A DNA stretch of 11,500 bases from Oligoflexales bacterium (GCA_044236265.1 JBIIGV010000092.1:1-11500), one strand, 5' to 3'. Shown: positions 1-6,817, numbered from the stretch's first letter. A program made the numbers and translations. The notes: generated from the sequence alone by a model not told the origin.

Positions 1-114
1 TGAAATGGTCTATAATCGTGAGAGACTTCATTCAACGCTTGGATATTTGTCACCTGCATTGTATGAAGCAAAAACAAGGGCGTCCTGAGTGTCTACTTTA
101 TCAGCGGAACTCCA
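1..114 (+). mobile_element. Right end of an IS3-family insertion sequence (truncated by window start)
   Basis: Transposase C-terminal motif in frame +2 is followed directly by GTGTCTACTTTATCAGCGGAACTCCA (89-114). This ends in the CA dinucleotide typical of IS3-family termini. The left end lies outside the window, so the inverted repeat and target duplication cannot be confirmed. Confidence 0.8.
2..88 (+). CDS. IS3-family transposase (OrfB/integrase core), C-terminal fragment, 5'-partial
   Basis: Manual translation from position 2 gives EMVYNRERLHSTLGYLSPALYEAKTRAS*, with TGA at 86-88. YNxxRxHSxLGYxSP is the characteristic C-terminal motif of IS3/IS481-type transposases. Not in the ORF track. 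Confidence 0.88.
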   Translation, partial: EMVYNRERLHSTLGYLSPALYEAKTRAS

Positions 115-157
115 AAATCAATCAATTTGGGTTTGGTCGTGTGTCCCCATTTTGTTC

Positions 158-1027
158 TTATTGTTGGCGGACTTGTAGGGCCCAGTTTCGCAGATCTGCC
201 GCAAGTTTTGCGGTTTCCTTTTTTAAGTGCTCGCGCTGATCTGGCTCCATCAGTGAGAAGATAGACTCCAAAGTTCGTTGACGTGATGCTGCCAAGGCAG
301 ATTTGTGTTTTTTGGACTCCAGGCTAAGAATAGAATCAGGGTCTTTTACCAGCTTTTTACAGGTTTCGCGTACTGTCTCTGGGGAGCGCCTTTCGTTTGC
401 AAGTAACTCAATCACCTTTGACTGGGCTTCATTGGAATATGCAAGATAATCGCGCTCCCAATGACCATGGATATCTTTCTCCCTTTCAGTTTGTTCGATA
501 GCGTCGCGTTGGCGGTTGTTAATCCGTCCGAGCCATTGTGTAACGTTCTCGAAAGATCGTTTTTTGACGGATTTTCTGTACTTTTCAAGACCACCATTTT
601 TTTCCGGAGTAAACTTACGATTTCTATCCTGAAGTTTTTCCTTCAGATGTAGTATCTGGTCAGGTTGCAGGCCAGCTAGGAGCGGGGCAGCTGCATCGCA
701 GCCCTCCACACTTAAATCAGAGGTCAGCTGACTTAGCTTTTCTATTTGGAGCAGGGGTGACGTCGTCTGACCTAAAGCTTCGACCTGGATAGCAATCTCG
801 TCGACTTTGGAGTGGGCGACTTTTGATGAAAATCTTCGCCAAATGTCTCTGAACTCGTTTTTTTGGTTGTGATCCAAATCAAAGAATCTCGACGCCGCTT
901 GAGTGGCAAAAAACTCATGATGATCGAGAACGACTCGGCGCATCGAGCATCCGGATAAAAAAATCCCGATCAGTAAAATTCTCACAACGAGATTGAGTGT
1001 GGAACTGTGTTGTTTACTTGGTCGCAT
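158..1027 (-). CDS. Lipoprotein, DUF6279-like alpha-helical hypothetical protein
   Basis: 289 aa. Hydrophobic stretch plus lipobox LSGC (Cys27); GGAG RBS before the ATG. The pattern DLxxxQ...LxPxQIxxLxxxLxxRN...WLGxIxxxQ...MxPxQRxHL recalls DUF6279 (recalled, not searched). Confidence 0.7.
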   Translation of the reverse strand: MRPSKQHSSTLNLVVRILLIGIFLSGCSMRRVVLDHHEFFATQAASRFFDLDHNQKNEFRDIWRRFSSKVAHSKVDEIAIQVEALGQTTSPLLQIEKLSQLTSDLSVEGCDAAAPLLAGLQPDQILHLKEKLQDRNRKFTPEKNGGLEKYRKSVKKRSFENVTQWLGRINNRQRDAIEQTEREKDIHGHWERDYLAYSNEAQSKVIELLANERRSPETVRETCKKLVKDPDSILSLESKKHKSALAASRQRTLESIFSLMEPDQREHLKKETAKLAADLRNWALQVRQQ

Positions 1028-1170
1028 CAGGTCTCCGAAACAGCTTCTTGTAAACTCGGAATATGATACTCTGATAAGAAAAATAGGCGCAATAGTCGGC
1101 GGAGACGTCTTTTTCTCGTATGCCGGTTAAAACTTTTAGTAACTGTTATGTTGTTTGAAAGGGAGCCATC

Positions 1171-2133
1171 ATGAAAACTCGTGGCTATCTTTTGGCTCTA
1201 GCAAGTGGAGCCTGCACGGGATTGACCGTTGCCGTTGGTAAGGTCGCAGCGAGTCATCTGTCGGCTGCAATGTACGTATTTCTCATGTCAGGTATCTCCC
1301 TTTTGATGATGTATTCATGGCGTGCGCTCACGGTTGGGTTTCGCGTGCGTTGGATGACTTGGAGTGTACTTAATCTTGTTGTTTTACAGGTTATTTTCTC
1401 TGCCGCAGCTCTATGGATGTTCTGGGAGGGCACTCGGCAAATCCACACCGGCATTGCATCCTTTGCTGCGAGGACCGAACTGATATTTGTTTTAATTGCC
1501 AGTCACCTCATTTTCCGTGAAAGGGTTGGATGGGTTGGGTTATTTGGCGCGTCTCTAATTGCTGGTGGTGCGCTGATCATGACAAGTAAGCTGAGCGGTT
1601 CATTTGGTGCTGATCTAGCCCTTCCTGCGGATACGAGTGCCTATGGTCTGACCCTCGTAATTTGCAGTGGTTTGGGATTTGCCGCCTCCGAGTGTTTTTC
1701 CAAGACGCTGGCCCATCGCATAGAAGCCTCTGCTCTGGTTATTTGGCGCAGTCTCTTATTGGCGGTTATATTCGGCTTCATCGTGGTTTCGGCGGAGGGA
1801 ATAGCCAGCTTTGCAGCCTTAAAGACGGAGGATTTCGCTGTGATAAGTTTGGCGTCTCTCTTAGGCCCCATTCTCGCCCGACTTACATTTATGTGGTCAT
1901 TGCGATGTATTGAGCTTGGGACATCTTATTTACTGTGCCAGGTCGAACCGGTAGTTACGGCTCTGTTCGCGTGGCTGATGCTGGGAGAAACGCTTTCGGA
2001 GTCCGAGCTATTTGGCGCGTTGTTAATCCTGGCAGGATGTTTGGCCGTTACCTCTCCGACCGTTCGTTCACCAGGGAAATTGCTGAGTAAATTCAGAGTC
2101 ATGAAAGCAAGGGTTGTATCACAAGGCAAATGA
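1171..2133 (+). CDS. EamA/DMT-family drug/metabolite transporter
   Basis: 320 aa with about 10 hydrophobic segments in two repeats. Motifs include LIFRERVG, and EPVVTALFAWLMLGETLS..LFGALLILAG. GGGAG RBS upstream. Confidence 0.92.
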   Translation: MKTRGYLLALASGACTGLTVAVGKVAASHLSAAMYVFLMSGISLLMMYSWRALTVGFRVRWMTWSVLNLVVLQVIFSAAALWMFWEGTRQIHTGIASFAARTELIFVLIASHLIFRERVGWVGLFGASLIAGGALIMTSKLSGSFGADLALPADTSAYGLTLVICSGLGFAASECFSKTLAHRIEASALVIWRSLLLAVIFGFIVVSAEGIASFAALKTEDFAVISLASLLGPILARLTFMWSLRCIELGTSYLLCQVEPVVTALFAWLMLGETLSESELFGALLILAGCLAVTSPTVRSPGKLLSKFRVMKARVVSQGK

Positions 2134-2188
2134 GTATACACTCAGTGGACTAACATACAGGAAGCATTAATATTTTCAGGATTTTTAC

Positions 2189-3250
2189 ATGCCCCCTCAT
2201 GAATTGATCGACTCACTCCCCAAAATCATAAAATCGATTCCTAGACACTGCCTAAGACCTAACACATGGCGATCAGCTATGTATCTTTTGCGCGATATCT
2301 CCCTCGTGATATTGACCGCAGGTTTAATTTTGAAGGCTGACAATTGGATTTTGGCTTTGCCTCTAAGTTTGCTCTTGGGGCTCGTGATGACGGGTCTTTT
2401 TGTTGTTGCTCATGACGCCGGTCATCGAAGTTTTTCAACCAGTCTTCTTGTGAACAATGTTGTGGGTGAGATTTTATCAGCACTTTTGATCTGGCCATTT
2501 CATGTTTGGAGGCTAAGTCATGATACTCACCATCGATACACCCACCATATTAGTAAGGAAATCGCTTGGCGCCCTTTCTCGCAGGCTAAGTTAGATCGCT
2601 TGGGCACGAGCTCCAGGCTGATGTACTTGTGGACAAGAACGTGGGCCTATTTTATCGGCTCGATTTTTTTTGCTATTTATTTTGTGCGTGATGGGCTTAG
2701 AGGTTTGCAATCGAGACATTTTCGTCGCGATGACCTGAAACTTATTTTCGGATCAATCGGGTTTACAGCCCTTGTCACAGGGATGGTCGCATACACTATT
2801 TGGCGTTCGGCTGGTTGGTATGGAATAACGTTCCTATTTGTGATCCCGCAATTAACATTTCAGTTTTGGATGAGCTCTTTCACATACTTCCATCACACGC
2901 ACCCAGAGTCTCCATTTATGGACGAGAGCACCTGGGATCCAGGCAAAGCTCAGCTAGGGTCGACCATTCACATGCGCTATCCAGCGTGGATCGACTGGCT
3001 GACTCATGATATCTCCTGGCATGTTCCCCATCATGTGTGTGTAGGTATTCCGCATTATCATTTGCGGGAGGCTCATAGAGCTCTGAAACAGGCTTACCCC
3101 GGTATTGTGAAAGAGGAGACTTTCTCCATAGCATACATAAAGCGCGTCATTGCAGAGTGCCAGGTTGCGGGCGAAGTTAGAGAAGGATATGTCCAATGGG
3201 ACCGCTATCAGACCTCGAGCGAACGAATGACCTTGTTGCAAGAATCCTGA
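2189..3250 (+). CDS. desA: Membrane fatty-acid (acyl-lipid) desaturase, delta-12/omega-6 DesA/FAD6-like
   Basis: Three His boxes: HDAGH (2411-2425), HDTHH (2519-2533) and HVPHH (3020-3034). Flanking segments (VVAHDAGHRSFS, LIWPFHVWR, FWMSSFTYFHHT, AQLGSTIHMRYPAWIDWLTHDI, IPHYHLREAH) follow the cyanobacterial DesA pattern. No cytochrome b5 fusion. Regiospecificity is inferred. Confidence 0.85.
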   Translation: MPPHELIDSLPKIIKSIPRHCLRPNTWRSAMYLLRDISLVILTAGLILKADNWILALPLSLLLGLVMTGLFVVAHDAGHRSFSTSLLVNNVVGEILSALLIWPFHVWRLSHDTHHRYTHHISKEIAWRPFSQAKLDRLGTSSRLMYLWTRTWAYFIGSIFFAIYFVRDGLRGLQSRHFRRDDLKLIFGSIGFTALVTGMVAYTIWRSAGWYGITFLFVIPQLTFQFWMSSFTYFHHTHPESPFMDESTWDPGKAQLGSTIHMRYPAWIDWLTHDISWHVPHHVCVGIPHYHLREAHRALKQAYPGIVKEETFSIAYIKRVIAECQVAGEVREGYVQWDRYQTSSERMTLLQES

Positions 3251-3383
3251 GTGCGTTGAGCCTTTGAAGCTCTTGCAAAAGTTGCGACCTAATTTAATCA
3301 GAGCGGGCATTTACGATACCGTCCTCTGGGTTGATCTCGCCAAAATAAATTATTGGAAAAAATCCTTAGTCCAGTCCTTGGTG

Positions 3384-3392
3384 TGGTATAAT
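3384..3392 (+). promoter_or_regulatory. Extended -10 sigma70-type promoter element (TGnTATAAT) for the 3448 lipoprotein gene
   Basis: TGGTATAAT is a perfect extended -10, ending 55 nt upstream of ATG 3448. No convincing -35 element. Confidence 0.55.
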
Positions 3393-3447
3393 TTTGGGAA
3401 GAGTCATCTCAAAATTAGATTCACAAGATCCCCTTCAAGGAGGCGAC

Positions 3448-4773
3448 ATGCGGGTTTTCTTTTTGCTAGGTTTGCTAGGACTAGGACTTGCGTCCTGTAA
3501 AAGCACGGGACCAACGTCTTCCACTAAAGGTCTGGATGCTTTCACCGGTCAGAAAGGTGAAGCAGTGTGTTCAGCGGCTGTGTCGTCCCAGTTTACGGAC
3601 CGCTACGATACATTCTGGAATCAAGGTGGTATTCAGGGGCCAAAAGGGTACCAAAATAATTTGAAAAGTATTTTTGCCGCTGTTCCTTTGGAACTACAGT
3701 CTTGGTTTTTCCTTAAAGGCGGTAAGCTTCAACTAATTGGTAATGCCAAAGAATTCTGTGGTTCGGTTGACGCTACAAATCTTTATCGCGCTGACGGCTC
3801 AGTGGGCGGCTGTCTTAATATTCCAAAAGTTGATGGCTTGTCGGGTATGCCGTCTATCTACGTTGGCGTTGACGCTGCTGACTTTAAATCGCAAATGGAA
3901 CAAGCTAGTCTGATCGTGCAAGGGTTTGCAGCGATGACGAGCTCATTCCTGACCGAGATCGCTTTGGCTGAGAAGTTGTCAGAGGGCAATGACCTTCTTT
4001 TTGAATTTGGCGCTTACGATGTTGATATGCGCAATCTTAAAGCAAGCTTGGCCTTTATGGTCATCGAAGATTTAATTAACAACAAAAACTCAGACGGTAA
4101 GTCTTATGCAGAGAATCTACCAGATGACATGAAGGCTCTCGTCGCTTCATCGAAGGTGCTTGACGCGTCCCTTGATCGTGATACCCGCTGGAAGGCTTTC
4201 TGGGGTGCTTATGGTGATCAAGGACATCGTGAATTTACCAATTTCGCTGTTGCTCAAGTGCTGGACTCCGCATGGTGTAATGACTCGACTAGAAACGCCG
4301 TGCTTGCAACAGGATCTATTTTCAACAAGACGGGCGCATACTTCAGAGCTGAAGTTGAGCCTGTGATGGCTGAAGCTTTCAATGGAACTCCCGGTCAAAC
4401 ATCTGCAAGTTTGGCTGACAACTCGTCAAGCGAATATGCGGAAGAAGTAATGGCAGCTGCACCAGTAGCTGGCGCTTCATTCAATTTGGCCAGAGGACGT
4501 GCTTTCCCAGTCTTGGGAGCAGTTGTCAGAGCGCCTTTCGCGGTCGGTAACTACTTTGTTCAGAACAAGCCTGTTCGTAGCTGGTTTGCTAATCATCAGC
4601 CGGTTCGTCGCACTCTCTGGGGAGCGGCAAGATTTGTTGGTGGTGCAGCTCGCGGCGTTGCAATCGTATCGGGACGAGTGGTTGGTGGTGTTGCCCGCGT
4701 TGCTGGTAATGGATTCTCAAGAATGGGTTATCGGGTAAGGAATGGTTGTTTTATTCGCAGATGGCGTTGCTGA
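3448..4773 (+). CDS. Lipoprotein of unknown function: putative degenerate ATLF/PPEP-like metalloprotease domain plus a highly cationic 93-aa C-terminal tail
   Basis: Start reassigned from TTG 3394 to ATG 3448, which has a GGAGG RBS at 3439-3443 and lies downstream of the promoter. Signal MRVFFLLGLLGLGLASC has lipobox LASC (Cys17). 441 aa, followed by a terminator. The CDS is well supported; the domain call is inference. Confidence 0.85.
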   Translation: MRVFFLLGLLGLGLASCKSTGPTSSTKGLDAFTGQKGEAVCSAAVSSQFTDRYDTFWNQGGIQGPKGYQNNLKSIFAAVPLELQSWFFLKGGKLQLIGNAKEFCGSVDATNLYRADGSVGGCLNIPKVDGLSGMPSIYVGVDAADFKSQMEQASLIVQGFAAMTSSFLTEIALAEKLSEGNDLLFEFGAYDVDMRNLKASLAFMVIEDLINNKNSDGKSYAENLPDDMKALVASSKVLDASLDRDTRWKAFWGAYGDQGHREFTNFAVAQVLDSAWCNDSTRNAVLATGSIFNKTGAYFRAEVEPVMAEAFNGTPGQTSASLADNSSSEYAEEVMAAAPVAGASFNLARGRAFPVLGAVVRAPFAVGNYFVQNKPVRSWFANHQPVRRTLWGAARFVGGAARGVAIVSGRVVGGVARVAGNGFSRMGYRVRNGCFIRRWRC

Positions 4774-4811
4774 AGTGACCTCACGAATGGTTTGGAAATA
4801 AGTAGTCTGAG

Positions 4812-4849
4812 AAATCCCCTCGCAATAATCATTGCGGGGGGATTTTTTT
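4812..4849 (+). terminator. Rho-independent terminator of the lipoprotein gene
   Basis: AAATCCCCTCGCAAT-AATC-ATTGCGGGGGGATTT forms a 15-bp stem with one G-U pair, running into T7 (4843-4849). It begins 38 nt after the stop codon. Confidence 0.9.
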
Positions 4850-4866
4850 ATTCGCTTTGGCACTAC

Positions 4867-5112
4867 TCAATTGATCTCTTGGAAGTGAAAAGCGTTAAGC
4901 CCCGGCTCTTCAGTTGTTTTTTTGCACGTCTTATCACTATTCTCAGAGTGACATAGGCGGGCCGGTCCCTCATCGAACCTCGGTCCGCTAAGAAGATTCC
5001 AAAAAGTAGTGACTCGAGCTAGTTCTAGAGATAGATCATCCCGCAGACCTTTGAGTGATTTGCTTAGTTGGCCCGATAACGTCATTTGACTCTCAAACCA
5101 CTCAATTAACAT
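4867..5112 (-). CDS. Possible small orphan ORF (81 aa), doubtful
   Basis: ATG-started ORF that fills most of the gap between two terminators. AAGGA sits only 3 nt before the ATG. No recognisable motif. Confidence 0.25.
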   Translation of the reverse strand: MLIEWFESQMTLSGQLSKSLKGLRDDLSLELARVTTFWNLLSGPRFDEGPARLCHSENSDKTCKKTTEEPGLNAFHFQEIN

Positions 5113-5128
5113 TTTCCTTGAGAGTCAT

Positions 5129-5155
5129 AAAAAAAGAGCCGGTAACCCGGCTCTT
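5129..5155 (-). terminator. Rho-independent terminator of the S8 peptidase gene
   Basis: On the minus strand AAGAGCCGG-GTTA-CCGGCTCTT is a perfect 9-bp stem running into a U7 tract (A7 at 5129-5135 on +). It begins 42 nt after the stop codon. Confidence 0.9.
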
Positions 5156-5197
5156 CGTTAATTTAGACTGTAAAGTTTAGCGAGTTCTCAGAAGTTG

Positions 5198-6817
5198 TTA
5201 CTTCTGACACCAAGGTAGAGTTGGATCGAACTGGCACAACATTTCGCACATTTGTGGATCTAGTGGGCACTCCTCAGGGCTACCGCCGCCGCCTCCACCA
5301 CCGCCGCCGCCAGAACCTGGCTCGACAACGCGGATGCGGAGTGATTGGTTCGTCTTATTGTCGGCATCAGTAACTGTGACGTTGACTTCCCCGGTACCTT
5401 TAGCAGTCAAGACACCGTTGGCATCAATGCTTGCAATGGTATCAGCTGACGATGCAAAGCGGTAAGGGGCTTTGCCACCAAAAGCAGAGAACTGAAGGGT
5501 TGCATTTGGATTGATCGTGGCAGCTTGAGGTACGACTGTAAGATCTTCAGCTTTCACGCGCTCGATCACGGCTGCAGCGTCAACACGACATTCACATGCA
5601 GTTTCGATAGCGACTTTTGACCCAGATGCCTGAAGAAGTGCCTTCACTTCCGTTGGCTTCAGGTTAGGGTTATGGGAGAGCATAAGACCTACGAGGCCGG
5701 AGACGAGTGGGGTTGCCATCGACGTACCGCTCAGGTTGCCATACTTTTCGCCAGGCAACGTACTGTAGATGGCGTCACCAGGAGCCGATAGGCTGACTTT
5801 ACCAATACCGTAGTTGGACCAGCTTGGCTTACCATCACTGCTGTTAGAGGCAGCGACCGTAATCACGTTTGGCAATGGAGTATTCGCAGGGTATACCTCG
5901 TAGCCGTCATTGTTTTTTCCGTCATTGGAAGCGGCAGCCACAAAGATAACGCCTTTGTCGTTCGCTCTCGAAATAGCTTCGGTGATTGGTTGAGCGTCAG
6001 ATGCGCTTACGCCTGCACCCCAGCTTGCACTGATGACGTGAGCGCCATTATTTGTTGCGTAATCAATAGACTTGACTGCACCCATCAGGTCGCCCGAGCC
6101 ATCAGCTCCAAGAAACCGTGATGCCATGATGGAGATCTTCTGGCTCATGCCGCTGATGCCCTTGCCGTTATCACCAACAGCTCCCAAAATGCCGGCACAG
6201 TGTGTACCGTGGCCTGGGTTTTGTGAACCTGTTTCGTCTTTTGGGTCAGCATCATTACCGTTGAAGTCGTAACCATAAATGTCGTCAACGTAACCGTTGT
6301 TGTCGTCATCGATGTTGTTTCCAGCGATCTCTTTCTTGTTGGTCCACATGTTTTCTTTGATGTCGCCATGGGTGTAGTCAACGCCAGTATCGGTAACAGC
6401 AATGACGATATCTCGACTGCCTACGCCACTCGTCCATGCATCGGCCGCGCGGACCTTTGCAATTGACCATTGCTTCGCAGTCTCAGGATCGTTTGGCATC
6501 TGGAAAGCCTGAACTTTTTTATTCTCAACAACATACTGCACGTCAGGATTTTTCATGAGCTCAGCGAGACGCTTAGCTGTTTCGCGTTTAGAGGATTTTC
6601 CAAGATCGACAACAACTAAGTTGCCTGATTCATGCTGATCAACAACGTTTACGCCATTTAAGCTCTTGGAATAAAGGGCTTGTTGAAAACCTGCCGTGCC
6701 TTGCTTGAATTTAACAATGTAACCGGCAGCCAGCACAGGATGTGCAGACATGAGGGCCGAAACGCAGAAAGCTGATGCCAACGCGAAACGACGGTTCAAA
6801 AGGTTGCGCACTACCAT
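5198..6817 (-). CDS. Secreted subtilisin-like serine peptidase (family S8) with prodomain, Ig-like (Big_2-like) domain, Gly10 linker and Cys-rich C-terminal tail
   Basis: Start reassigned to ATG 6817 (AAGGAGG RBS; signal peptide ending PVLA-A), giving 539 aa. Catalytic triad motifs VTDTGVD, HGTHCAG and GTSMATP; oxyanion region AAASN; Ca-binding IDDDNNGYVDDIYGYDF. The segment IASIDANGVLTAKGTGEVNVTVTD is Ig-like. Confidence 0.95.
   Translation of the reverse strand: MVVRNLLNRRFALASAFCVSALMSAHPVLAAGYIVKFKQGTAGFQQALYSKSLNGVNVVDQHESGNLVVVDLGKSSKRETAKRLAELMKNPDVQYVVENKKVQAFQMPNDPETAKQWSIAKVRAADAWTSGVGSRDIVIAVTDTGVDYTHGDIKENMWTNKKEIAGNNIDDDNNGYVDDIYGYDFNGNDADPKDETGSQNPGHGTHCAGILGAVGDNGKGISGMSQKISIMASRFLGADGSGDLMGAVKSIDYATNNGAHVISASWGAGVSASDAQPITEAISRANDKGVIFVAAASNDGKNNDGYEVYPANTPLPNVITVAASNSSDGKPSWSNYGIGKVSLSAPGDAIYSTLPGEKYGNLSGTSMATPLVSGLVGLMLSHNPNLKPTEVKALLQASGSKVAIETACECRVDAAAVIERVKAEDLTVVPQAATINPNATLQFSAFGGKAPYRFASSADTIASIDANGVLTAKGTGEVNVTVTDADNKTNQSLRIRVVEPGSGGGGGGGGGGSPEECPLDPQMCEMLCQFDPTLPWCQK
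5282..5311 (-). repeat. Low-complexity (GGN)10 tract encoding a poly-glycine linker
   Basis: Ten consecutive Gly codons with mixed third positions inside the S8 gene. Confidence 0.9.

Noticed and set aside
18..239. 73-aa ORF from the track
   Set aside because: Out of frame with the transposase C-terminus (frame starting at 2), crosses the IS end and overlaps the 158-1027 gene on the opposite strand.
3394..3447. N-terminal extension of the lipoprotein in the ORF track
   Set aside because: It starts right next to the -10 element, leaving no room for an RBS. ATG 3448 has GGAGG and gives a canonical lipoprotein signal.
3264..3500. 78-aa ORF upstream of and overlapping the lipoprotein
   Set aside because: TTG start, runs through the promoter and RBS of the 3448 gene, and has no recognisable motif.
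4480..4491. FNLA as evidence of a true lanthipeptide/RiPP cluster
   Set aside because: No LanB/C/M, YcaO, radical SAM or peptidase-ABC transporter gene in the window, and the motif is internal to a large lipoprotein. Kept only as a possible cleavage junction.
4499..4738. Alternative-frame 79-aa ORF over the cationic tail (possible frameshift origin of the tail)
   Set aside because: The main frame is uninterrupted and keeps the same GTT/GGT/CGT/GCT codon style as the rest of the gene. Its stop lies just before the terminator, and I see no slippery site. The alternative ORF lacks an RBS.
4857..4875. TTGGCAC resembling a sigma54 -24 box
   Set aside because: No TTGC at the -12 position with correct spacing, and no + strand gene downstream.
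6072..6402. Shadow ORFs within the subtilase gene (6072-6272 +, 6145-6402 -)
   Set aside because: By-products of codon bias in a well-supported gene. The same applies to the other short nested ORFs in the DUF6279-like, EamA, desaturase, lipoprotein, PfkB and membrane-protein genes.
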